The translations under genes were made by a program, and so were the position numbers. From Tubiluchus corallicola (lineage: Eukaryota > Animalia > Priapulida), in assembly GCA_030141605.1 (NCBI GenBank), contig JAQGDQ010000113.1:372001-436000 (forward strand): a stretch of 64,000 nt of DNA, given 5' to 3'. Each line of letters begins with the position of its first letter. The first letter of the stretch is position 1. This document shows positions 51,546-64,000 of the stretch, in pieces. Below the pieces are notes generated by a model. The model saw only the letters and a program-made list of their open reading frames with translations. It ran no database searches and was not told the DNA's origin.

Positions 51546-54500
51546 TATTCAGTGAATATTTTAGTTAATCCAGAACAGAACAAGCGAATGTAAACTAACT
51601 GAGTGAACGAAAATGAACGAGTGCTAAATTTGAAGCTCTTTTCCGAAATCTAAATGCAAAAATAATCAGCAAAAGCAGAGTCAGAATTGATAGATGGTAA
51701 ACTGCCAGAACTGGCACAGAAAAGTGAGATACAATAACCGAGCTGCAATTCTCACGTCATCATTGAGTTTCACAGCGATGTTCTTAATCTGGTGAACAGC
51801 CCAAGACAGTAATAGACGAGACAGAAACGTTAATCACCTTCTTACGCTGAAGAAACTGTTTATTTTAACCTAACAGTTGTTTTCACTGCGTTTTCAACAA
51901 ATCAAAGCTGCGTAAAAACGCAAGAAAAGGAAATTAACAATGTGTAGCTCAAAGACAGAAGATTACCAGCCGATAAGGAACACCATTATTGCGGCTATTT
52001 CGTCACTTCGTTGACGCGACTGACACATAGACATATTCTGAATATTCTGATGTAAAAAGCGTTAAAATTTCTCAGCATATTACATCGGTGAGCACGCAAC
52101 ACCTATGCACTTTAATTATGTCACCTGTGGTAAAACGAAACCGGTGTTCAATGAAAACGAAACCTTGTCAGTTGAAGGAAGCAATGCATCACGGGCGCCC
52201 CAGTGCAGAAACTAAATGGTATAGAAACGTCACAAGTTTCATCGGACACATGACATGTAATTATCAACCGTTACTCACTCGTGGCCTTGCCAGCCTTCAA
52301 CCATAAAAGCGTCAGAGGCATAATTACAAATACGTCCGGCGTGGGGGTAAGCAATATATTTAATAGGCCACTGTGAGGGTCGTGTGTGATTGGTCGGCTA
52401 ATTAACGCTACTGTTGTGCCTAAACAATGGTCGACAAAAGGATACAATTATGCAAATGTCATAATCCGTATTGATCAACACTTGCTTTCATTATCATACC
52501 AATGAGAAATTAGAGTTGAATCATTTTTCAAGTCGATTTATCGTACATGTGTGCTTGTAGTTGCACAGAGTCACAACATCCAGTTCTACAAACTATTGGT
52601 ATGTAAATAATGAAACTTCTTCGTGCTTTTAAGAAATCATAATCCGATCCAATTTTTTTTATTTTTTAGTGTTTATCTTTTGTTTTTCATAATCTTAATC
52701 AGTTTTGTCCATAACCTTTGCCCATTGCATGTTATGGCGTCTGTAATATTTTTCGTAAGTCTTCTCTATATATCCTATAAGTAATATTTTAAGGCCTATG
52801 TCAAACTGATAAAAATAAAATAAAAACCAGATTTAAATAAGTGAAAACCCTACAAAATTTTTATTCAAATAAGTAAAAAATTAAATTTTAAATTAAATTT
52901 TTAATACTACATCAGTCTGTTATTCATAACTAATTGAACACTTTCATTTTTAACAATTTGTTTATTAACACATGAGAGAAACACTGCCACAAATTTACTT
53001 TGTGTACCCTTATCCGGTCTCATATCACCTGGCAATTATAACATACGTGTTTCTTCAAAGTAGGATTAGTCATACTGATTGGTGTGATACAAAACAGGCA
53101 CCGCAACAGCCTTCCTGTTGTACAGAAGGCAGATTCAACAGAACGCCTGTGATTAATGGTTACCTCCATACCATTTTGTCACAGATAATAAGTTACATTC
53201 CAGGGAGTGAAAGATTGTTATAGAAAGCTATCAATATAACGGCCAAACAGGACAGACAAGTGAAAACCAATAGCTCGCGTAAAAAGGCTGGAAGGTTTAC
53301 TTAATAGCACTATCCTTAGACTTTGATAAGAGAATAAAATAAGCTACCAGTAAACATTACGATAATCTGTAGGCATGTTCAGGATTCCAATTTTAATTCC
53401 AAAAGAAAATTTAATCTCGAAAGCCATGTTCGTTTAAAACCATGTTGGATAACATAAAATTTGTGAACACAAGAATAATTTCTAATTACGTGACTATAAA
53501 ACTTTTGAAACTATAAATCTTGTAAAAGCTATCACATCAAATTCATTTGTACCTTGTAAGATGAAGCGAACAGTCACGTTTAAGACAGACAGAATAGAAA
53601 TTCAAAAACAATGAAAATAGAACAAAAATGCAGAAAAAAGCTTAATTTCCTATCGGAAAGCGCTCATAGGTATTTTCCCGGCTAGACATTCTCCTGTCCT
53701 TGGCGAAATCATTTTCTTAGTCAGACTGCAACACTTTGTTATTAGAACTAACTAATATGCCCCACTAAAAGCTCATCTCTCATCGCCTAGCTTAATAAGT
53801 TTGGAAACACATCAAACTCCAAGGAAATGGTCTGCCGGAAGAACAACTTGGGGGCGTACTTTCCACTTCCGGAAGACTTGGGACAAACCAGCCGTCATTA
53901 TTATGGCCTCCCAGCAAAAGCGCTTGTTCCATAGCATTGTTAGCGTGAAGTTCCAGGGCTTCATTTGGACGATTCTAAGCACAAATTGGTCCACTTTTCT
54001 TTCCGGGCAAAAATAGCATCTAGCTGCCCGTCCGAATGCCCCCTGATCTGTTCAGATTTCAAAACATCCGAATTCAACAGTGACTGGCAGCTTGCAGCTG
54101 TCTGGGAGGACATGTTCAGTTTTTAAACAATCTTAAGCTCTCCCCACGAAAAACTTTTGGGTGGATTTACAAATACACGTGTGCTGGCAAATGATAACAA
54201 GCACATCTGACAAGTGACGCCAGTGGGGGTATAAGGCAGCATACGGTGGGGGGAGTCAAATTTAAATTTTATTAACTCCTGCAAAAAGACAACATCAAAA
54301 TAGAATGATTATTTACTGCAAAAAATATATTTTTCACACAGAGTTACGTAAGATAAGAGGCAACAAACTAACATAGAAGACTGTAGCAGTACCAGCACTT
54401 CGCTAATTATCGGGGATAATCTGCTAAGATGAAACACTGAACTAACAAATAATATGCCACTAAGTGAAGTAAATAACTGGGAGCTATGGCAAACGAAATG

Positions 54501-54875
54501 TCCAAATGTCCAAACAGTTTCACAGTGTCATTCATTATTTTATTAGCTAAGCCTAGCAATGCTTAACTTTACAATCAAGCGCATACCTTGACCATTCAGC
54601 TATTATTTCACCTCAAAAAAGTAAATACTGCGTATAATTATAATTCATACAAAACATTAAAAAGAGCGTACGCAGGCGCAGTTACCCCCTTTTTTCTAAA
54701 ATGTTCTGCCCATTACTGTTTTGTTTTCAGAAAGACAGTGAGATTTGCATTGAGGTAAGAATAAGGTAAGGAAGCTCACGTGACATACAAATGATTATAC
54801 GATCTGTCAAAACAGCACAATTTGCATCAGGCTTACACGAGTTGGACTAAAAACCGGTATTTAATAATATTGCAA

Positions 54876-54914
54876 GTCACGTGGGCCTGTGAACGCCGCT
54901 GTTGCCATAGTAAC
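54876..54914. promoter_or_regulatory. E-box plus RFX X-box
   Basis: GTCACGTG at 54876 and GTTGCCATAGTAAC at 54901-54914; a further TCACGTGAC at 54776. Confidence 0.45.
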
Positions 54915-54961
54915 TGTTGACAGTGGCTAATTGTTAGCAGTTACAGTAATCCACTCCAGAA

Positions 54962-55208
54962 GCTTTTCTTTTTTACTTCCCCTTTTCGATTCCTTCTCTT
55001 ATTTTTTTGATTTGTTTTTCTGTGTCTCTTAACATGTCTTACCATAAATGTATCGTTTCATCTCATTCCGTCTCGTTTTGTTCCGTTCCGCTACATCTTG
55101 TCCCTGCCTAAGCCATTTCATCCTTTTCATTTCATTGCTCTCCGTGACTTTCCTACTCTCACCTCGCCATCATTTCTTTCTTTTACCCTTCCACCCTTCC
55201 TCCCTTCA
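54962..55208. repeat. Pyrimidine-rich decayed pentamer block
   Basis: TTTCA/TTCCG-like units. Confidence 0.65.
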
Positions 55209-56672
55209 CATGTAAAATGTGTCCAATAAGGAGACAACCTACTTCACGATAAATTTATAGACTTCTGCTGTAACTTAGAGACATCATTCACACTAGCACT
55301 TTGTTTATAGGAATGCAATGTTTGTCGAAATGAATTTGAACCCGGGTACTGATGTCGCACAGACCTCATTCTGCCTCTGAGAAACATGAAATCGTTAATG
55401 ATGAAATGTTGAAAAGCCGTGCAGGAAAACTTAACAAAACATCAGCAGAACAAATCGCCAATTATCAAACGCAATGTCAAATTCTAGAAATGCATCTCAG
55501 AATTTCACAAAAATTCCTAACCAGAAGTTTTCTAAGGATACTGTACAGTGTACAGTGAAACTACAGTGCAGTTTGTACAGTTAAAATAGAAAATATTATT
55601 TTGCAAAAAATTTCCATCAGTAATTTCAATGATGGCGGTGCAACTTTAAATTACGTTAGCCCTGGGCAGCAGCCTTGCCAATGTAAAATGAAAACATAGA
55701 TCTTACAAAATTGTATGCCTTATAATACAGCCCTTATATAGATTATCGTTAATGCAGATATTGTAGATATATCGTAAGGTTTATATCAACAACCCTCAAG
55801 ACAAAACAACCGCTATTAACAATTCGTTTTTGTTTTCTATAGAATAAATGTATATATGTAGTATATGTATATTCAATTTGTGTTAATAAAATACCGTTTA
55901 ACCTACCCAACAGTATATTATGTGCAGTTAAATCAATAAAGTAAGCTGCTTTATGCACCAAATAAGCCTAAATAAGCAGCTGTTAATAAATTTAGAAGTA
56001 TCTAGATTAAGCCTATGACAAGCAGCATAAAAATGGGCCTAAGTATAAAGTGTCAGCGTAACCAGCGATGTGAGGTCCTACAGCAATAAAGCAGCTGAGC
56101 TGAGATGAGCCAAGGACTACAGGACTGATTGAAAGTCAAACCCAACCAGGCTGACAATGCGACTTTGCAAAAGTGAACTCATTTGCAACAACGGGAAATC
56201 ATTCTAACTAGTAACCAACTTATTAAACAACAAAATTAGTCATAAATATCCAAGCAAACTGTTTACTTATCCTTACTTTCTTAGAATATTGGGCTTGCAA
56301 AGCTAATAGGTTAAACCATGAAGCTCTCTGTCCGTTCAGGCAGTTTTGATTGTAAAGAGATTAATTACCCTGCTTTTAGCCGCCAAGTCTTGAATCTTCA
56401 ATCTCTTGAAACTGACACGGATAGTGTGTGTCTGGTTTCACTTCCGTACAACAGACTCATGTTTACCGAGATAACATTCTTAAACGTTCGGTTTTACTGC
56501 CAGCGTCCCAAGCGGCATAAGCAAACATTTATTGAAAGCCAAAACCAATGTAGCTTCCTAGACGCTGGACCGAGCAACCAGGACAAAGCTAAAGTGCGTA
56601 ATAAACTCAGCTGTTAATTTTGTTATCTGGGTTTCCCATATGAAGTGAAGTTTTTCTTAAACCTTGAGGAGG

Positions 56673-57330
56673 GCGGCGGTGGTGGTTTTATGCACGGTGG
56701 CATTAACGATAATGATCATACTGATGTTAAAAGTTAAGGTATTAATAACGGTAATGGTGATGACGATGATGACAATGATGATGATAATAATGATGTTAAA
56801 AAACAAGGTTTTAATAATGGTAATGGTGATGACGAAGACGATGATGATGATAATGACGACGACGACGACAATGATGATGATGATAGTGATAGTTGTAACG
56901 ATAACAACAGCGATTGTGATAGTGGTGGTGTTGGTGGCGTTGATGGTGATGGTGGCGGTGGTGATGGTAGTGTTGTTGGGGGTGCCAACGGTACTGGAGA
57001 GAGAAACAAAAGATAAAGACAGGATTAAAGAAAACAAAAAACAAGTACATGAATAGGAAAACAGACAAAGTAAAGATGCAAAACGAGAAAGAAAACCGCA
57101 AACAAGGAAATAAGAGATGAAAAAGAAGGCAAAAGGCAAAAGAAAAAGAGAAAGAAATAGCAGAAGGGAGGGAATGAGTTAGAAAAACAAAGAATAAAGC
57201 AAACAAAAAAGAAAGAGAAGAGAAGAGAAGAGAAGAGAAGAGAAAAAACAAGCAAAAAGACAGCAAAGATAAAGGAGGGGACACTAAACGGGAACAAAAT
57301 AAAAATAAAGAAAAAAAGAAAATGAAAAAC
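56673..57330. repeat. Decayed (GAT/GGT)n trinucleotide tract followed by a purine-rich block with (AGAAG)n
   Basis: Includes an internal duplication AAGGT.TTAATAA.GGTAATGGTGATGACGA; (AGAAG)n at 57212-57243. Confidence 0.9.
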
Positions 57331-58953
57331 TGACCTAATGCTCTAAAATGAATTAAATTTGTTAAAATCTTATGCTTATACATGAATAATACCGCAATGA
57401 CGTCTAGAGCACTCTAGTCTCGAGACAGCTAACAAAGAAACAAAATAGGTGAAATAACTATACAATTAATTCCCACTAATTACTTTATTGTAAGTCCTGG
57501 AAGTGAAGAGTTTTATTTGAAGTTGTGAACGTTTAGAACAGCTGCGAATACCATATATGGCAAGCATGTCTGGTAGCAAAAATTGGTGCAGTAAAAAAGT
57601 AAATGTTTTATGTGTGGCGTGAGCCGACAAAGGTCCTAGTTACCGAAAACACGTAAGGGTGGACCCGGGCACCATCCCACGCGCACGTAAGGATGCAGCT
57701 TTTAATTTCGTCAGCTGCAGCTATGCTCAAAGAATCTATAACAATTTTAGATAACTTGGCACTAACTCATAGAGGAATGGGAGAGACTGCACAGTTCCGA
57801 TTCCGGTTAATCACCCATTCGGTCAAACAGTAACAGCAGCAGTGTATAACAGTAACGCTGAATTAAAGCTAGATGTTTGTTGAAAAAAACTTGCTGCGTT
57901 TTGGTTTATTGCAAAAAGAATTACTCTCATTTAAGCCACCAACAGACAGCCATTAACAGAAAACGTCATTATTATCTTCTTCTAGAAGAGCACGAAAAAC
58001 TAATTAATAAGTTCTTCGTCTCCAGATAGACATAAAAGATCTACAATGCATATGTTTCTCTTACCATGCCCATTGTCTATTGTTTGCTACAACATTACTT
58101 ATTACAATATTCTAGTTTACTGTCATTGAAAACAAAGTCCTCTGTATGAGCAGACAGCTGGTCAGTTACATTATGAAGGCAATTATTCAGTAATGGCAAT
58201 AGTTACTTTTATTTACCCATACAGCACCCTGTAGATGCTGGCACCCTATGTGTAGGGAAAACATAAGCAATTAAACGGCGCGATAATGATTTTATAACGG
58301 GGCCATCTGACCCGCCGACTGATACTTGCATAACGCAGGAGTGAACTGACACTAAACCGCCTGCGTACAGCTGCCACGGGGGACGACTGATTTGTTTTGA
58401 TTGTAGAGAAAAAGCTAACATCGTTTTTTTCTTCAAAAGCTCAAGTGTCTTAAATTTGAACCAGGCGATCAGCACTTAGGGATTAAGAAGTTAGTTTTTT
58501 TCAATCCAATTTCAAACATTTGATAGGTAGCGTTTCAGAGGAACCATAGACTAATTCAAAGCAACCCTAGATTAAAAGGTTTTTGTTTAGATTTGACCAC
58601 AAAGCTCTAGAAAAAGGATGCTCGCATTAAGAATTAGATTTTGTAAGCTCGTGTGTACCGATTACATCAGCCATTAACTTTAAATTTTCAAGGTCAATGA
58701 ACCTGGAACTTGTTGGTGGTACTGATTGTTGATGGATTCTGGGCTTCCAAACTGGCTGATAATTGCTAGTACAGAACTCCAAACAATCACAGGCGCGTGG
58801 TGTTTTGGTAAAAGTTGAGCATTCTTCCTGAGTCGACGCTGGAGAATTTAACTGCTGTTCTGTGAGTTTAGTTCTTTTAGTAAAACTCAATCTTCAATCC
58901 GGCAGAATGAAAAGCATTGCTTTAGAACAACATCTTGTTTGTTGTGTGATAAC

Positions 58954-59007
58954 AATGATGATGATGACGCTGATGATGATAATGATGAATGATGATGATG
59001 ATGATGA

Positions 59008-59090
<83 letters not shown>

Positions 59091-59270
59091 GTCACAATCA
59101 TGGTGTTTGTGGTGGTGACGACAGCATCGCCAGCAAGGGTAGCAGGGGCGATGGCGGTTGTGGTGGTGATACTAGTGATGGTGATAATGGCGATGACGAT
59201 GGTGATAATAATGACGCTGATGACGTTGATGATGGTGATAATAATGACGTTGATGATGACAATAATGATA
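58954..59270. repeat. (GAT)n/(GGT)n microsatellite
   Basis: Near-perfect (GAT)n at 58990-59075, then (GGT)5. Confidence 0.95.
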
Positions 59271-62200
59271 GGGACAAAATAAAACGATACAATAGAATTG
59301 CAGCGCTGAACTCTTTCGTTAACAAATTGCTAAGCAAATCCCCTAATCCCCTAGCCAGGTACTTGAGCATTCAATATTGATTGGAAATTATTGTCAGTAG
59401 CACAGGGGCATCATTTGACCAACAAATGATAATTGTCCTCGGAAGACCGTTGCATGCAATGAAGAGCTGGGCTGCTGCTTAATGATGGATCAGGGGACGT
59501 GATGTGCAGACTGCAGAACTGCTACACTCCCTGAATGTAAATCACTCAATGTTCAAAAAGCTATTAGGTCAGCAAACTAAGCACATAGCAGGTGAGGATT
59601 CACACAGTAATGGAAGTAGATATTGTGAGAAAAATAGCATAGTGGCTTCATATATTAGCGCATGCGCACTGAGTGGCAATAGGTATGATACACGTACCTG
59701 CAAAGTTTGCAGTATTTCGAAATACAAGTACTAGTTTATTTCAAATTCCATTGTTGCATTAGCTGATGAAAGGATAGGCTTCGTAAACGTGTAGTGCTAT
59801 TTATTTTTAGAGAAACAACGTTACCGGCTGATATTAGTGGAAATTCCTCCAAACAAAATTAAACAACGTGATACCAAAAACAATATTTCCAAAGAACTTT
59901 TCAACTTTCAAACTGGTATGCAGTTCGTTTCTCTGCAAGCCGAAATCGAGTACTCAGCCGAGGACCTCACATAAGCCTCTACGATGAGCCGACGAGAAAA
60001 AGATTATCCTCTCTCAACAGTAATTCTGGTACCAACTTGTTTAACGAAAGCTAAACAACCTGTTGTCATAAACTGACAATATTTACTCATTTTAACACTT
60101 TACTACAATACTCAGAAGTGCGGATATTTTAGAATAGTAATCAGAAGTCCTACCATATTTGTAGAACTCAAAAAATTATTCTGCACAGAGCGAGAGCTTA
60201 ATGACATAATCCTTAAATAAACCAATTTATTACTGCTAAGAACCACTAAAATCTTTTATTCATAAATTATTCCAATGTCCTCTTGGCTATAAAATGAGAC
60301 TGTAACCGTGACTAATGAATGCTGTGGTTTATTACGTTGTTGTATGTAAACTAGTGAGTCATGTATAGTGGAGGCATTTATAGTTGACAGGGCGTTTGAA
60401 GGGCTCATGTAATTGAAGCAGAACAGCGTGACAAATACGAAAATGTTGATGCATATTTGTTAATGTTAGTGTTAATGTTTAACTGGAAAAGAAGAAAAGT
60501 TGTAGAAGAAAGGAAGGTTTTTGGACACTAATAGCAATGAGAGAGAGACTGAGTGGCGGAAGGAACGGAAAGATAGCGAGAGACAGAAAAATGGAAAGCG
60601 AGAGATATTGAGAAAACAGAAGAGAGTTAAGGGGCAGAGAGAAAGCAAGCGGGAAAAGGGGGTGAAAATCAAGTGTTGAAAAAATGATTAATAAGCCATC
60701 CAATTAGCTGATTTTACTCAGCAAAAATGATAAAAGTGATAATAAAAAAATTAATCTTAAAGGTCTATGTTAGACAACAATTAACCATGTTAATAACCGT
60801 AATACTTAGAAAATCTAGCTTATTACAATTAAACACATTGAAAGAACGGATGTTCACACATTTGACACCACTTTTGTGGTGAGATAAAACGTCCTGTTTA
60901 TTTTTCACTGACTTACAACCTACTCCTTCAGGCAGCTGCGCATGCCTAATTGCCATCAGGGCGAAACCAGAGTAACTTTACCCACCAAAGAGCTGCAGGA
61001 ACAAGTCGATGTTGTATATATTACGCTAATAGATCATTTTAAACTGAGCTTAAGATAAACACTATAGCCTGTGACATTTCACTGCAATCATTGAAGCCAT
61101 TTACCGTGGCAGTGACAAACTGTGCAGGCCATGCAGCCTCCCAGCCCGGGGAAACTAGTAACTGAAGCCAGTAACTCAAGTCTGGCAGCTGTGGGCAACA
61201 AAATATCAAATACACCAAACAAGAGTTACAACATTTTGACGTGGCGCAGTCATCAAGAGGAAAAATACATGACCATAAACGCTCTGATCCTCCTCTGATG
61301 CAAGTGGATCGAGTTTCAATGGCAGATCAACAATGTTGCTCATTGGAAGCCCGTGCAGAGCCGAAGACCTATGAATATTTTATGCTGAACATTGAAATAT
61401 TAGAACCTGATGATGGACTCTGTGGAACTAGGAGCACCAAAAGTGACACACTAATCGAGAAGTAATTCAACGCAAAAATAAAAACAAAACCTTGAAAAAT
61501 TAATTAATCCACCAGAATCTGTGGTTCATTTTAGTTTTGTTCTGAAATGTAGTTGTTGTTAAAAGACCTTGCTTTGTTTCTATTGTATAAAGAATTTAAT
61601 TTGGATGTGAATTCTATTAACTATAAAGAACAATATATAGTTTCAGCTAATGTTTGACCAAAGCATTAACTTCAATCCAGTGTTTGATTAAAACATTTGT
61701 AAAGTGAAAGCGGCTTTAGGCTCGATAAAAATGTAGCTTGTTTATGGATACAAATGTAGAACAGCAGCGTCTTTAACAAAAAAAAAACAGTCATATAGTA
61801 ATTTTTCATAAAGAAGAGAAGTAACGAGCAAATACTGGTACAATCTTGTGTAAAAAATTGTCACATACAATGGATACTCTAGGACATATAAACAAAAGAT
61901 GGCTAATTTTCTATTGGGTCCATTTGTTGTACCTTGGTTAACGAAAAGGAGAGAGACAGAAAAGAGAAAGCTTAAGACAGAAAGAGAAGAGCGAAGAGGA
62001 GGAAAACAGGAAAAGAGAAAAGAGGGGAAGAAGGAGGCAGAACTGGAAGGACAGAGAGGGGGAAGGTTCACACTATACTACATGTGTATTTTAAACAATC
62101 TTTTGTTTAAACTCTTTATACAAACAATTATAAGTGAAAATCGCAGGAAGAACAAAAGTGCTGCTTGTATTATTTCAGGATCTTTTATAAGAAGAACTAT

Positions 62201-64000
62201 AGCTGTAATGATCGGTACGTCACGTTGAGTCGGGCAGAATATTGATCACTCAGACGTAAGTTGCTCATAATTTCAGTAATTACTGCGATATTTAGACAGA
62301 CTAAGACGTGAACGCTGAAAAATTTATCGTGAGTTTTAGGAAAATATCTTATCGGCGGCAGTAAATTGACCTGACTGAACTGCAGAAATAGAGCTTTAAT
62401 TCCAGCCATAAAAATCATGTAACGCCGCCAAGATGATCAGCGGTTAAGCAAATGTAAGTTTAGCAAAAACCATAGGTCATACCTTCTCAGTTTACGTGAA
62501 ATTTATAACTATTTTCTATTCTTCGTATTAAAAAACAAGCACAGATTTAGTTCAGGCTTCTAAAATATTAATCGCAGTTTGACTGTTGCAGTAAACTGTG
62601 TCTGAATTAACCGAAGCAAAACTTTTTACGTAAATATTATACAGGAAAGCTATGCTAAGAAATACTAACCATTATTTTGCAAATAAGACGGCATTTTATA
62701 TCTTATTTCTGCAACTTAATAACAGAAAAACATGGTAATATTCCCTGTTAAAACAAACGGAAAGTAGGAGCAAAGTCACGAAAAACTAGGGTAGACCGGG
62801 ACTCGTTAAAACTGTTCACCGAAGCACAAAACGTAATTCCCTGATGAAAGTACAATGAGCTTATTGAAGTTTAATTAACTATTGCCAATTATTGGAAAAA
62901 ATACACCAGCTAGACAGACTAGAACTCTGACATAATTACATCTGATGCACAGTGTATGTAGTCATGAATGAGTAGTCAAATAGGTCCAACATTTTACAAA
63001 GGTAAAGGTGTTGGAAAACTAAAATTGTTTAACTTTAATCTAAAATCTACAAAATACATTGTCGTAAAACAATGTAGCGCATAAAATAACAGGTTAAATT
63101 TGCACAACTAAATGGAATTAATAACTTCAGAGCTACTTTATAAGGTTAATAGTTTCACCTAAATTCAACGTGCGTTGTTGATGTCATAAAGATTGTCACT
63201 TCTCTACAGCGGTACTTGCAAAATCTGTAGAAAACTTCCATGCAAAATTGCAGACAATTTAATAGTTATAAAGAATGTTTCGTTAATTTTAATGCAAACC
63301 GTTAATGTAACGAAGATTCTCGCGTTCAGTTGATGCCGCAAATTTAACGCGGTATTCTAGCAATTGTCTCGAAACAACGACAGACGCCCAATGTTAACAT
63401 TCACATCTCTACATCATTGTCATTAACACAATCTTCACGCACAACTAGACTAAGAGACGTCTGACACCGAATCTCAGTGGATGTATCTAACGCGCGTAGT
63501 GGCTTCCCCAACACAGCAGCCCCTGCGCAGGCTGAATACCGACACACTAGCGATGACACACCACCCTCGGCTCGTACTCTAGACGAATACGTCCCGAATA
63601 ACTAAACATCTTTACACAAGCACGCATAGCGTTGCATCACGCGCAGTCATTAATACACAAAAGTTGTATCAATATAACAAGGGTTTTGCCACCATTATTA
63701 GGGCATCCCGGGAGAATGAGCATACTGATTACTCGCCTTCCCGCGTCTGACTCACGGCTACTCAAATGACATTATAGCTGCATTTTCATTGAATCTAGGC
63801 GGCAAATATATGTAGCCATTTACACAGTCAAACATTGGCAGCAATGATTCAGGCAGGTTGGTGTGGCAGATCTAAGCGTTTGTTGACACGCGCACACAGT
63901 CTGAAAATAAACTGAGCACATACTTCTGACCTAGAATTTTTGTACACTAAGGCAATGAATTATCAAAAGTAATGTGGGAAAAATCATTCAAAAATAGTTA

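Noticed and set aside
59762-59790. Other CTGANGA words (15247, 25054, 59763, 62841) as hammerheads
   Set aside because: No stem II followed by GAAA and a UH site.
47033-62228. ORFs rich in SL, ER, poly-D/M/I/H/F
   Set aside because: Translations of microsatellites and purine tracts.

Overview
AT-rich animal (invertebrate-like) genomic DNA, not prokaryotic. The window is dominated by one minus-strand gene, the IQSEC/BRAG (Drosophila schizo/loner-type) ARF-GEF. I reconstruct 13 coding exons from 44464 down to 3974. All introns are GT-AG and all phases are compatible, giving 3852 nt = 1283 aa + stop: a novel basic N-terminus, an IQ motif, a long RS/SP-rich linker, Sec7 ([13 protein letters not shown]), PH and a C-terminal PDZ ligand (STEV). 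The first intron is ~28 kb. A second minus-strand gene may begin at the left edge. Non-coding DNA holds SINEs, tRNA-like units, MITEs, LINE 3' remnants and many microsatellites. Most notable: (i) a two-copy palindromic element built from back-to-back minimal hammerhead-ribozyme motifs, with one intact core on the minus strand; (ii) a 32-bp intronic minisatellite whose units mostly carry GTAAGT on the transcribed strand, next to the true donor; (iii) inverted-repeat elements containing divergent tRNA-like Pol III units; (iv) a 50-nt micro-exon whose skipping would remove the PDZ ligand. All calls were made by eye, without database searches.
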